The translations under genes and the position numbers were made by a program. Below are positions 1-9,074 of a stretch of DNA of 63,246 nt, piece after piece. The stretch is taken from assembly GCA_025450075.1 (NCBI GenBank), contig JANWIC010000006.1:1-63246 (forward strand), read 5' to 3'. This DNA is from Patescibacteria group bacterium (GTDB taxonomy: Bacteria > Patescibacteriota > Dojkabacteria > JAKAPS01). Each line of letters begins with the position of its first letter. Within the stretch, counting starts at the first letter, position 1. Below the pieces are notes generated by a model. The model worked only from the letters and a program-made list of their open reading frames with translations. It was not told where the DNA came from and made no database searches.

Positions 1-760
1 ATTGACATGCTCCAGTCATATTGATAGCAACACTACCAGGAGTACATGTCCAGGTCATATTGTTTACAAGAGCTGTGTTCGTGTATCCATGCTGTGTACA
101 ATATTGATACAAATCTAACCCTCCTAGAACGGTTTGAGTAGGTGTTGGACTTACTGTTGGTGTTACAGAAATTGTTGGAGTTGGTGTTGAAGTTGGCGCC
201 GGTGTTGGAGTAGGAGTAATTTGCTGAGCTTGAGTCAAACTGAAATTATCTGTATATAATGTCCCGTTTGTATGTAATAGATGAAAAATTGAAACTTGTG
301 TTGCGTTACTTGGTGTTGAGAATGTTTGTTGCATTTGAATCCATGTTGCGCTTGCAGGAAGAGTTGCAAGAAATCCATATTGTAATCCACTTGCAGTTGT
401 ATACTGAATATCAACATCTGTTGGGATTGTCGATTGGTAATAGTCAGAGAAAGTATAGCTTGTGTTTGGTGATATACTTACAGGGGTGAAATACCATTTT
501 GCATCACCATTGAAATAATTTGTTACTTGCAGTTCAAGGCTATGTGTCCCATCTTCAGCTGACGGGGAATAAGTAAATGTTGCCGTGTTACTTCCCCATC
601 CTCCCTGGAGCCAGCCTGTAGGTTGTCCATTTATTGCTGTTTCTACAGAAGGATTTTGAATGAGATTCGAATTTGTTGCATACGCATATACGCTTATTAG
701 ATCTTGCTGAAATGCTACGACAAAGACGATGAGCGCCCATAGAGAAAGTATTTTTTTCAT
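1..760 (-). CDS. secreted carbohydrate-binding-module-like surface protein with Pro/Thr linker (C-terminus lies beyond window start)
   Basis: Absent from the ORF track because it is open at the window edge. Reverse-strand ATG at 760-758, frame stop-free down to position 2 (253 codons). MKKILSLWALIVFVVAFQQDLISVYA looks like a signal peptide. NLIQNPSVETAINGQPTGW...GDAKWYF...GTLYTDNFSL fits the usual CBM4/9-type pattern. A PT linker and a Cys-containing C-terminal part follow. Confidence 0.6.
   Translation of the reverse strand, partial: MKKILSLWALIVFVVAFQQDLISVYAYATNSNLIQNPSVETAINGQPTGWLQGGWGSNTATFTYSPSAEDGTHSLELQVTNYFNGDAKWYFTPVSISPNTSYTFSDYYQSTIPTDVDIQYTTASGLQYGFLATLPASATWIQMQQTFSTPSNATQVSIFHLLHTNGTLYTDNFSLTQAQQITPTPTPAPTSTPTPTISVTPTVSPTPTQTVLGGLDLYQYCTQHGYTNTALVNNMTWTCTPGSVAINMTGACQ
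134..220 (-). repeat. low-complexity tract encoding a Pro/Thr linker (ITPTPTPAPTSTPTPTISVTPTVSPTPT)
   Basis: Plus strand shows an imperfect ggtgttgg/agttgg periodicity. It corresponds to residues 181-209 of the 1-760 protein. Confidence 0.7.
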
Positions 761-935
761 ATTCTCACAGATAATTTAGCGGGTGGTTAGTGAAAACAAC
801 TATGGGATTATACTCTGGATTTGGTTTAAATGCAAGGAAAAATCCTGGTTTTTAAATATGAGGGAGATAATATGGTATAACGATACATGGGAGAAGAGAT
901 TTGGTAAAATAGAGTATGAAAATTTAGAAAAAAAT

Positions 936-2216
936 ATGGCAAAATCTACAAAGACAGCGATGGAAATGAATGAGCAGGTAAAAACTGCTCTAGAAATGAT
1001 GGAATATACGAGCAATAATCTTTTTATTACTGGAAGGGCGGGAACTGGAAAATCAACTCTTCTTGAATACTTTCGGGATACTACAAAAAAGAATGTAGTT
1101 GTACTAGCTCCAACCGGTGTGGCGGCTATTAATGTTCATGGCCAAACAATACATTCTTTTTTTAAATTCGGAATAAATGTACGTCCGGATGGTATAACCA
1201 GAAGGAGAGATAAGGAAGGAATGTTTCAAAAGATTGATACTATCATCATTGATGAAATATCCATGGTAAGAGCTGATCTTTTGGATTGCATTGACATTTT
1301 TATGAAGCTTCATGGGAAGGAACCTTCATTACCATTTGGTGGAGTCCAGGTTATTTGCATAGGAGATCTCTATCAGCTTCCTCCTGTTATTACGCATGAA
1401 GAAGCCCCTATTTTTTTTGAAGAGTATACCAGTCCCTATTTCTTTGACAGCAAAGTCTTTTCACATATGCAATGCATGCGGATTGAATTGCAAACCATCT
1501 ATCGGCAAAAAGATGCAGAATTTATTGAGCTTCTCAATGCTGTTCGACAAGGAAATATTAGCGAGGAACTGCTTGCAAAGATAAACAGCAGGACATTCCA
1601 GCCAAATTCGGCTACTCTACATGATACCTATATATATTTAACCACAACGAATGCAAAGGCAGACCAGATAAACAAACAGAAACTTGGACAAATCAGATCG
1701 ACTAGTTTTTGCTATACAGGAGAGATAGATGGTGAATTTAATGAAAAAGAATTGCCCGTTGAAAAAGAGCTGCAATTAAAAAAGGGAAGCCAGGTAATGA
1801 TGCTAGTTAATGACCAACAAGGTAGATGGGTAAACGGAACTGTTTGCACAATAGATACATTAAGAAGTGATGAAATAGTGATCAAAATGGCGGACGGGAA
1901 AAAACATAAGATAGATCCATATACTTGGGAAAAACATAGATATTTCTATGATGAAGCAACTAAAAAGGTTTCAAGTGAAATTGTTGGAGAATATACACAA
2001 TATCCGCTCAAACTTGCATGGGCAATGACTATACATAAAAGCCAGGGAAAAACATTTGACCAGGTCATAATTGATTTGGGAAGAGGAGCATTTGCCCATG
2101 GTCAGGTATATGTCGCATTAAGCAGATGTAGAAGCCTAGATGGTATCATGCTTACTACTGCGATAAGAAAAGCTGATATCCTTATTGAAGAGCGGATTCA
2201 TGATTTTCTGGGATAG
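936..2216 (+). CDS. pif1: PIF1/RecD-family (SF1B) ATP-dependent DNA helicase
   Basis: Track ORF is 783-2216 (GTG). The region before ATG 936 (MAKSTK...) has no helicase character; ATG 858 is also possible. Walker A GRAGTGKST, Walker B IIIDEISMV, QLPPV, TIHKSQGKTFD and VALSRCRS motifs. Confidence 0.85.
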   Translation: MAKSTKTAMEMNEQVKTALEMMEYTSNNLFITGRAGTGKSTLLEYFRDTTKKNVVVLAPTGVAAINVHGQTIHSFFKFGINVRPDGITRRRDKEGMFQKIDTIIIDEISMVRADLLDCIDIFMKLHGKEPSLPFGGVQVICIGDLYQLPPVITHEEAPIFFEEYTSPYFFDSKVFSHMQCMRIELQTIYRQKDAEFIELLNAVRQGNISEELLAKINSRTFQPNSATLHDTYIYLTTTNAKADQINKQKLGQIRSTSFCYTGEIDGEFNEKELPVEKELQLKKGSQVMMLVNDQQGRWVNGTVCTIDTLRSDEIVIKMADGKKHKIDPYTWEKHRYFYDEATKKVSSEIVGEYTQYPLKLAWAMTIHKSQGKTFDQVIIDLGRGAFAHGQVYVALSRCRSLDGIMLTTAIRKADILIEERIHDFLG

Positions 2217-2961
2217 CTGGTCTTGCTCCAAATCGTCTTTGCCTCCTAGCAAAGCTAAGGATCGCATCAATAATATCTTCAGTCGTTACATCGGGAAAAT
2301 ACTTATCAATAAAAAAAAGCTCCGTTCCTGCATTATTTAACCACCCAATATCCGAAGTCCGGTGTTCCCCGGCTGTTCTAATGAGTAGGTCAGCTGGCGG
2401 TATTTTCCCTTCTCCATCCCGTAAAGACCATACTGTTTCTTCAGTGATTTCTGTCCCTTTTGGTAAATTCCGAGCCTTTTCAAGCATCCGTCGGATTTGG
2501 TCTTCTCCTCCAAAATCGATGGCAATACAGACCGTTTGTCCGGGATTTTTTTCTGATTCCTTTTCCATGTGTTCAATTTCATCTTTCAGACTTTGTGGAA
2601 TTCTATCTTTTCTTCCTAAATGGAATAATTTGGCATGTTTTTGTTGCAATATGGAATAAAGGGAATTGAGAGAATGATGAATCACATCAAATAGCCCGTT
2701 GATTTCTTCCATACTTCTTTTCCAATTATCTGAAGAAAATCCCCAGATCGTAACGATCCGGATTTCCTGGAGTTCTGAAAGATCAAGAAGAATTTGTTTT
2801 GCTGCATCTGCACCCTTTTTATGTCCCCAGGTAATGGGAAAATGGGATTGTTGAGCCCAACGTCCGTTTCCATCAGGAATGATAAGCACATGATGCGGAA
2901 ATTGTTCTTTTGTAAGGGTTTGTAATTGAGGAAACCTCTGAATTATCGACAAATTTTTCAT
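2182..2961 (-). CDS. uppS: di-trans,poly-cis-undecaprenyl-diphosphate synthase
   Basis: HHVLIIPDGNGRWA, WGFSSDNWKR and LIRTAGEHRTSD motifs of cis-prenyltransferases. 259 aa. Its 3' end overlaps the helicase 3' end by 35 nt. Confidence 0.9.
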   Translation of the reverse strand: MKNLSIIQRFPQLQTLTKEQFPHHVLIIPDGNGRWAQQSHFPITWGHKKGADAAKQILLDLSELQEIRIVTIWGFSSDNWKRSMEEINGLFDVIHHSLNSLYSILQQKHAKLFHLGRKDRIPQSLKDEIEHMEKESEKNPGQTVCIAIDFGGEDQIRRMLEKARNLPKGTEITEETVWSLRDGEGKIPPADLLIRTAGEHRTSDIGWLNNAGTELFFIDKYFPDVTTEDIIDAILSFARRQRRFGARPAIPENHESALQ

Positions 2962-3006
2962 AATATGGATATATCATTTCCATTGATTGAATGCAAGTTC
3001 GTTTGA

Positions 3007-3028
3007 GGCTGCATGAATTCATGCAGCC
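3007..3028. repeat. perfect 22-bp palindrome GGCTGCATGAATTCATGCAGCC (candidate operator or RNA hairpin)
   Basis: Read directly from the sequence and self-complementary over all 22 nt. It lies in the divergent uppS/gltX intergenic region and is GC-richer than its surroundings. No flanking T-tract, so it is not an intrinsic terminator. Confidence 0.6.
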
Positions 3029-3053
3029 CCGAAATGCTAGCAACTCCTGTCCT

Positions 3054-3090
3054 TTATTTATTAATAAATTGATTCATACCATCACCTCCT
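3054..3090 (-). promoter_or_regulatory. canonical Shine-Dalgarno (AGGAGGTGAT) plus 7-codon mini-ORF MNQFINK upstream of uppS
   Basis: The reverse strand reads AAAGGAGGTGATGGT ATG AAT CAA TTT ATT AAT AAA TAA (ATG 3077-3075, TAA 3056-3054). There are 7 nt between GGAGG and ATG. The palindrome follows about 25 nt downstream and the uppS ATG about 90 nt downstream. On the plus strand the same bases read like the 16S 3' tail (ATCACCTCCTTT). Confidence 0.3.
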
Positions 3091-3178
3091 TTTTTTCTAT
3101 CCCAAGTATATCTCTCATTCATGATAAGTGGATGATATCTCTTCATCTTTACATCTTGTCGTAAATACAATAGAATTC

Positions 3179-4867
3179 ATGCATAAGCAAATTATGGAAA
3201 ACGAAGAAAACAAAAAAATTGCAGAATTACTGTTTCCGGACATTCATGAAACACTTGAAGATCTGGAAGCTGCTTATCCTCCAAGAAATCTTCCTGAAGG
3301 CGCAACTGTAACCCGCTTCGCTCCAAGTCCGACAGGATTTCTCCATATCGGGACTATTGCAAATGCATTAATAGCTGAACGTGTTGCACATACCTCTCAA
3401 GGGATTTTTATTTTACGAATTGAGGATACCGATAAAAAGCGTGAAATCAAAGGTGGAATTGATGAGATCATACATAATATTGAATCGTTCAATATTTCTC
3501 CTGATGAGGGAGTTATGAGTGAAGAAGTGCAAAAAGGTGCATATGGACCATATCTGCAAAGTCAACGTTTGAAAATATATGCTATTGCAGCAAAATATCT
3601 CGTTTCGCAAGGTCTAGCCTATCCATGTTTTTGTACAGATGAAGACCTCAAAGAAATTCGAAATGTACAGATAAGTCAAAAAGTAAAGCCGGGATATTAT
3701 GGTCAATTTGCAAAACATAGAGATATCTCACTTATTCAAATTCAGCAGGAATTTTCTCAAGGAAAACCTTTTGCTATCCGTATAAAATCAGATGCAAAAG
3801 TAAATGAAAAAATTCAGTTTAAAGATATGGTAAAAGGATCTCTTACCATGGCTGCAAATGATGTGGACTTTGTACTTCTCAAATCAGATGGATATGCAAC
3901 CTATCATTTTGCCCATCCGATTGATGATCATTTTATGCATATTACCCATATCTTACGCGCAGATGAGTGGCTTCCTTCAACTCCACTTCATTTGCAAATT
4001 TTCAGATATTTTGGTTGGAACGCTCCATATTATGCCCATGTATCACCAGTATTAAAAATGGATGGGTTATCAAAAAGAAAGTTAAGTAAACGAAAAGATC
4101 CTGAAGCAGGTGTAAAGTATTATACCCAGGAGGGATATTCATCGGAAAGCGTGATTACGTACCTGCTTAATCTGGCAAATTCAAATTTTGAGGATTGGAG
4201 AAGAACTCATCCAGATCTTCCCTACTCTGATTTTCCATTTCGGATTGAGAAGATAAATAACAGTGGGGCGTTGTTTGATTTACGAAAGATGCAAGATATT
4301 AGTAAGCAAGTGATGGCACAAATGTCTTCCCAACAAATGTATGATATGTATTTAACATGGGCCGAAAAATATGATCCGGAATTTGCAGAATTAATCAAAA
4401 AACAAAAAGAATATACATTGCAGATATTTTCAATTGAAAAGGACCAGCAAGCTCGAAGAAAAGATATTTATGCATGGAATCAGATGCATGAGTATATAGG
4501 CTGTTTTTATGATGAACTTTTTGAAAAATTACCATTCAATAAACAACTATTTCCAGAATTCCTTTCAGGAGAGGAGATAAAAGATATTATTAATGCGTAT
4601 TTGCAAGTAATTGATTTGAAAAAACCATCAGATCAATGGTTTAATGATCTTAAAGCAATTGCTGCGAAATTCAATATAGCACCTGATACAAAAACATTTA
4701 AAGAATCGCCAGCCGGAACATACAAGGGATATGTTGGGGATATCGCCTCAATTCTTCGAGTAGCGATCACAAAACGAAAGAACACACCTGATCTATATGA
4801 GATCATGAAAGTAATGGGAATAGAACGGGTAGTAAAACGACTTCAGGAAACCAAAGACCTCCTATAG
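3179..4867 (+). CDS. gltX: glutamate--tRNA ligase (bacterial type)
   Basis: RFAPSPTGFLHIGT (HIGH-type motif) and KLSKRK (KMSKS-type motif). Track ORF starts at GTG 3128; the first in-frame ATGs are at 3179 and 3194. Confidence 0.9.
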   Translation: MHKQIMENEENKKIAELLFPDIHETLEDLEAAYPPRNLPEGATVTRFAPSPTGFLHIGTIANALIAERVAHTSQGIFILRIEDTDKKREIKGGIDEIIHNIESFNISPDEGVMSEEVQKGAYGPYLQSQRLKIYAIAAKYLVSQGLAYPCFCTDEDLKEIRNVQISQKVKPGYYGQFAKHRDISLIQIQQEFSQGKPFAIRIKSDAKVNEKIQFKDMVKGSLTMAANDVDFVLLKSDGYATYHFAHPIDDHFMHITHILRADEWLPSTPLHLQIFRYFGWNAPYYAHVSPVLKMDGLSKRKLSKRKDPEAGVKYYTQEGYSSESVITYLLNLANSNFEDWRRTHPDLPYSDFPFRIEKINNSGALFDLRKMQDISKQVMAQMSSQQMYDMYLTWAEKYDPEFAELIKKQKEYTLQIFSIEKDQQARRKDIYAWNQMHEYIGCFYDELFEKLPFNKQLFPEFLSGEEIKDIINAYLQVIDLKKPSDQWFNDLKAIAAKFNIAPDTKTFKESPAGTYKGYVGDIASILRVAITKRKNTPDLYEIMKVMGIERVVKRLQETKDLL

Positions 4868-4947
4868 TTTATTTTTGGTGTTGAGCTATAATCGCCTCTA
4901 TGGGAAAAGTTTTTCTTCAATAGATAGATTAAACGATTTGTTAGCAT

Positions 4948-5331
4948 GTGAGCCTGGTACACCGAGGCAGTTGGATCAACAAGGAATTTGGTGAAGAAGT
5001 TATTTTTGCAGCTTTTGATACTCTTAGAGCAAGAATTGATCGCGCATTTGTATCTGATCCAGAACTATTAGAAGAGTTATCTTCGGCAATTTCAGAGGCA
5101 AAACGATCTGGGGCACATAGAATAATATCGTCACTATTCACTCCAACCGGAAATTCACAAGTTCAACTTTATAGAGATAGTAGAGAAGTGCCTGAAATTA
5201 TGAGGGAAGTATATACAATTGAACAAGCTTATGGTCTATATGAAATTGGAATGAGAAGGGTGATGAATAGCTTATTCATTACAAACAACAAAAAATCTAT
5301 TAGTAGAAACAGCTCTACAACTTGGATTTGA
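4948..5331 (+). CDS. hypothetical protein (weak call, GTG start)
   Basis: 127-codon ORF with a plausible helical composition (DPELLEELSSAISEAKRSG) and no recognisable motif. Protein-like translation continues downstream in other frames (see rejected list). Confidence 0.3.
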   Translation: MSLVHRGSWINKEFGEEVIFAAFDTLRARIDRAFVSDPELLEELSSAISEAKRSGAHRIISSLFTPTGNSQVQLYRDSREVPEIMREVYTIEQAYGLYEIGMRRVMNSLFITNNKKSISRNSSTTWI

Positions 5332-5503
5332 TCAGGAAGAAAAACAAAATTCCTCTTTATATTACTAGAATTAACGCTTTTGCAAAGCAAGGAAAAGAAT
5401 TTAGATCTTTTAATTTCCATGACTATTTTGCTGGACTACTAAGCAAATACCGGTATTAAAACGCAGTCAATAGATTCGAAGAATTACGAAATATATATCG
5501 TAA

Positions 5504-6412
5504 TTAAATCGTTGAGTTAAACTGTTGCGATGAAGTTGCATTAATTAGTCCTGATTCTGCTTTTGTTATATCTGTTTTAGCCTGGGTGATCGGGATAGCA
5601 AACCCGATTCCTTGGGCATTTTGTGCTACCGCTGTATTAATACCGATCACCTGGCCAGCAATATTTAATAATGGTCCACCAGAATTTCCCGAGTTTATTT
5701 GTGCATCGGTTTGGATAATGCCCTTGAGTGTTTCTGATGATGTTCCGTTTTGATCACCTGCTGTAACTGTTCTATTTAATCCTGATACCACCCCCACATC
5801 CACAGTATTTTGATACTGTCCTAATGCATTACCTATTGCAATCACACTTTCTCCTAGTTGTAATGAGGATGTATCAGCAAGAGGAAGTGCTGTCAGGTTT
5901 GTTGCATTAATTTTTAAAATAGCAATATCGTTATTTGGATCATGGTAAAGGATATGTGCTTGATAAGTTTTTCCGTCAGCAAATGTTACAGTGTATGTAT
6001 ATGAAGTATCTGGTGCAACATGCTTATTTGTAAGGATATACCCGTCACTTCTAATTACAAATCCTGATCCTTTTGCTACAGGAACTATTTGGTTTCCTTG
6101 ATTAAAAAATGGAGGAAGAGAGGATGTATTTTGTGATACAGTTATACTCACAACCGCTGGATTTGCAGATTGTACTGCTGTTGTAACAGCAGATTCTTGG
6201 CTTACAGTCTTAACATTTGTCGTTTCAGATGAAGTATATATTGTTCGTGGCACATATGAAGAAGAAATATGCGCATTGATAATAATGCTAGTAATAATCC
6301 CTGTCGTAATTGAAAGCAAGACACTTGCAATTGAAACAAGTACCATGAATTTCACAAATGGAATTCTATTTGGTACAGGTTGTGAGTTAGATACTTCTTG
6401 AACAGTTTCCAT
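5504..6412 (-). CDS. membrane-anchored trypsin-like serine protease, HtrA/S1C family, without PDZ domain
   Basis: N-terminal TM helix. Catalytic contexts TNKHV (His), DIAILKI (Asp) and GNSGGPLLN (Ser). The protein ends about 50 aa after the Ser. Confidence 0.85.
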   Translation of the reverse strand: METVQEVSNSQPVPNRIPFVKFMVLVSIASVLLSITTGIITSIIINAHISSSYVPRTIYTSSETTNVKTVSQESAVTTAVQSANPAVVSITVSQNTSSLPPFFNQGNQIVPVAKGSGFVIRSDGYILTNKHVAPDTSYTYTVTFADGKTYQAHILYHDPNNDIAILKINATNLTALPLADTSSLQLGESVIAIGNALGQYQNTVDVGVVSGLNRTVTAGDQNGTSSETLKGIIQTDAQINSGNSGGPLLNIAGQVIGINTAVAQNAQGIGFAIPITQAKTDITKAESGLINATSSQQFNSTI

Positions 6413-6483
6413 ATCTTTTAATATAATATATCACTCCAATTCCATCATAGATCATGAAGATGAATTTTAGATGAAAGCTCAAA

Positions 6484-7287
6484 TCATGTATTTAAATACA
6501 TATTTTGGATTCGAGCGAATATATATAAAAGGAAAGCTATTGATGCTATAAAAAAGCTTACCGGCCAAGATATATAGTATGCAAAAAAGATACCAATCCA
6601 TACTTCAAACAAAGCAATTAAAATTGCGATTGCAATAGTATGAAGGGGTTTCGATGTCAGATACTGCGCTGTTGCTGCAGGGGCAAGGATAAGGGTAAAT
6701 ATGAGAAGAATTCCTACTACTTGAACAGCAATTGATATTGCAACTGCAAGGGTAATAAAGAAGATAATAGAAAGAAGTTTTGTTGGTATTCCTTTAGCTT
6801 GTGCAACAATTGGATCAATAGAATAAAAAAGAAGTTGCTTATATATAAGTATAATGACAATGATACAAACAAGTGCTAAAACAAATGTTTGTACGATATC
6901 CTGCCTGTTTACCCCTACAATTGTACCAAACAGAATGGAAAATACCTGTGTTGCATATTTAGTATAAAGACTTAAAAAAAGTGCGCCAAGTCCAAGGGCA
7001 AAAGATAGTACAATTCCTATTGATACATCTCGACCTCTCACCTTTTCCCCAAGATATCCCATGATAACGCCTGCAACAATGGTAAATGCTAATAGTCCAA
7101 ATATCGGGTTAAAACCGACAAGAACAGCTCCTGTTGCACCAGCAAACCCAATATGGGTAAGTGCTTCAGCAGCAAATGAAAGACCCCGTAAAACGACAAA
7201 ATATCCTACAATTGCTGAAAGGATAGCAACAATGGATCCTATGATAAGTGCATTCCGCATAAATTCAAAATGAAAGAGATCAAACAT
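6484..7287 (-). CDS. metal (Zn/Mn) ABC transporter permease, ABC-3 family
   Basis: 267 aa, 8-9 TM helices, typical ZnuB/MntB-like sequence. Last gene of a three-gene operon with the ATPase and the SBP. TGA stop. Confidence 0.85.
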   Translation of the reverse strand: MFDLFHFEFMRNALIIGSIVAILSAIVGYFVVLRGLSFAAEALTHIGFAGATGAVLVGFNPIFGLLAFTIVAGVIMGYLGEKVRGRDVSIGIVLSFALGLGALFLSLYTKYATQVFSILFGTIVGVNRQDIVQTFVLALVCIIVIILIYKQLLFYSIDPIVAQAKGIPTKLLSIIFFITLAVAISIAVQVVGILLIFTLILAPAATAQYLTSKPLHTIAIAILIALFEVWIGIFFAYYISWPVSFFIASIAFLLYIFARIQNMYLNT

Positions 7288-7295
7288 ATTTCTAA

Positions 7296-8075
7296 TTAAT
7301 GTATTATTCCATCAAAAGCAGCAACAAATATCCTTCCTTCAACATCAAATACTTTTACCGGTACTCCATATAGATTGCTTAATGTTTCTTCTGTGATTAC
7401 ATCTTTAGGTGAACCGATTGTCGCATGGGTATTTGCTAAATATATTACCCTGTTAATATATGGAAGGAGTGGATTTACATCATGTGCAACAATAAGGATG
7501 GTATGGTTATGGTTTTTATGATAATCTGAAAGCCTTTTAAGAATTTCTGCCTGATATGAAATATCAAGGTTAGCAAGTGGTTCATCTAATAATAACAAGT
7601 GAGGATCACTAATTAAACTTTGCGCAAGAGAAATACGTTGCTGTTCTCCTCCAGACATTCTCCCGATTTTTTTCTTTGCAAGGGAAATGGCATCAAATTC
7701 CTCTAAAGATTTCATAACTTTTTCTTTTTGTTTTTTTGAGGAGAATGAAAATGAAACATTTTGATCAATAAGTCCAAGCCGTACATAATCTTCTCCCGTA
7801 ATTGGTAGGTCGGGATCAAAAGGTTTAGCCTGTGGTGAATATCCGATATCTGAATTACCGGTTCCAACCGATTTTCCCATTACAGTGATTGTACCCGATT
7901 CTGGCTTTTCGAGACCTAGAATTGCTTTTAAGAGTGTCGATTTTCCTGATCCGTTCGGTCCAAGAATTGCAATAAACTCTCCCTTATACAAAGATAAATT
8001 AAGGTCGTGAAGAATTGTCTTTTCCCCCTGCTTAATGGTTACTTGTTGGAATTGTATTATCGCGTCCTTATCCAT
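7296..8075 (-). CDS. metal ABC transporter ATP-binding protein
   Basis: Walker A GPNGSGKST, signature MSGGEQQR, Walker B LLLLDEP. Directly abuts the SBP gene. Confidence 0.9.
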   Translation of the reverse strand: MDKDAIIQFQQVTIKQGEKTILHDLNLSLYKGEFIAILGPNGSGKSTLLKAILGLEKPESGTITVMGKSVGTGNSDIGYSPQAKPFDPDLPITGEDYVRLGLIDQNVSFSFSSKKQKEKVMKSLEEFDAISLAKKKIGRMSGGEQQRISLAQSLISDPHLLLLDEPLANLDISYQAEILKRLSDYHKNHNHTILIVAHDVNPLLPYINRVIYLANTHATIGSPKDVITEETLSNLYGVPVKVFDVEGRIFVAAFDGIIH

Positions 8076-8960
8076 TTACCCTTGTAATGCATAAAATACT
8101 GAACTTAATTCTTGTAGTATCCAATGCTGGTAATCAGTTTGTAATGGCATCGTTTCAGTTACACCAACAATTGGAATGTGGTTTTGCCGGGCGAGTGTCT
8201 CCATTTGCTGCGTTATTTGAGATACTGTCTGTTTATTATATACTAACACGTCAGCCTGTCTCATGCGAAGTATCTGCTGGAAATAGTCAACATCAGCTAC
8301 GGCAGGATCATTCCCCTCTTCTATTGCTTTTTGGAATGCATTCGGAATAATTTTCAATCCACAATTATGCAACATGTCATTTGCTACTCGTTCAGTAGCT
8401 ATGACAGGTGCGTTTGCATATGAAGTCTTAATTTCTTCACACAGATTTTCTATTGGTTGAAGAGAATTAATAAATTTTGCATAATTCGATTCATATGCAA
8501 TGCTGTTATGTGGATCCTGATTTTGCAAATCGACTTTTAAAGTATTTGCAATTTGTTCAACGAGAGGGAGATCATACCAAATATGTGGATTATCTCCTTC
8601 TTTCCTATTAGCTATATAACCTGCATTAATAATTGTTTTTCCGTTTGTCGTAGAAAGAATCTTTTGCATGAACATATCATATCCTAATCCACTTACTAAA
8701 ATAATGTTTGCTTGAGAAATATTTCGTGCATCTGATGTTGTAGAATCGTATTGGTGTGGATCCTGATTGGGATCAGAAATGATACTTATGACATGTGCAT
8801 TACTTCCAGCAATTTGAGAAGCAATATTTCCCCAAAAGTTCTCTCCTGCTACTATTAAAAGGGAATCAGAATGTGTTTGCAATTGAGGATATGCAATACT
8901 TACAACAAAAAGAATGATTATGAGTATAAGTATTGGGATAAAGAAAATATATCGCTTCAT
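8076..8960 (-). CDS. metal ABC transporter substrate-binding protein (ZnuA/TroA-like)
   Basis: ATG at 8960 gives MKRYIFFIPILILIIILFV (signal/anchor); the track ORF starts at TTG 9029. DPHQYD and NPHIWYD histidine motifs typical of cluster-9 SBPs. Confidence 0.8.
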   Translation of the reverse strand: MKRYIFFIPILILIIILFVVSIAYPQLQTHSDSLLIVAGENFWGNIASQIAGSNAHVISIISDPNQDPHQYDSTTSDARNISQANIILVSGLGYDMFMQKILSTTNGKTIINAGYIANRKEGDNPHIWYDLPLVEQIANTLKVDLQNQDPHNSIAYESNYAKFINSLQPIENLCEEIKTSYANAPVIATERVANDMLHNCGLKIIPNAFQKAIEEGNDPAVADVDYFQQILRMRQADVLVYNKQTVSQITQQMETLARQNHIPIVGVTETMPLQTDYQHWILQELSSVFYALQG

Positions 8961-9074
8961 AATGAATGTTATTGCTGACATCATAGCAAAAATATTGTTA
9001 TTAGTACAATCTATAGATATAGGTTGCAATATATTTTGGATAAAGAGTATGATGCAAAATATTGATTGAAAAAT

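Noticed and set aside
2182-2216. 35-nt convergent overlap of the helicase and uppS 3' ends (and similar small convergent overlaps at 31563-31566 and 62729-62769) as a possible antisense regulatory device.
   Set aside because: Both proteins end with family-typical C-termini, so the overlap is probably just compaction. There is no extra structure or motif in the overlap.
2337-2891. Shadow ORFs inside or antisense to well-supported genes. Examples: 2337-2582, 2381-2659, 2460-2669 and 2682-2891 within uppS. Likewise 235-489, 800-1015, 1104-1313, 3413-3610, 7061-7273, 8087-8350, 9605-9832, 11040-11360, 24355-24857, 25486-26049, 31209-31502, 31801-32232, 32281-32511, 42829-43167, 43350-43692, 46842-47198, 59513-59809, and the 5' part of 62221-62769.
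   Set aside because: Each overlaps a longer ORF with clear family motifs in another frame or strand. Their translations are low-complexity or hydrophobic runs typical of AT-rich shadow frames.
3007-3028. The 22-bp palindrome as a bidirectional intrinsic terminator.
   Set aside because: The flanking genes diverge from it rather than converge, and neither side has a T-tract. It is kept only as an operator or leader-hairpin candidate.
4948-5459. Protein-like translation continuing after the 4948-5331 ORF in two other frames (...VETALQLGFDQEEKQNSSLYY*, then ITRINAFAKQGKEFRSFNFHDYFAGLLSKYRY*), suggesting a frameshifted longer gene near an A6 run (5290-5295).
   Set aside because: It needs two frameshifts, there is no family similarity to anchor the reading, and the stop-free stretches are short. 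Evidence is too weak to call a pseudogene.
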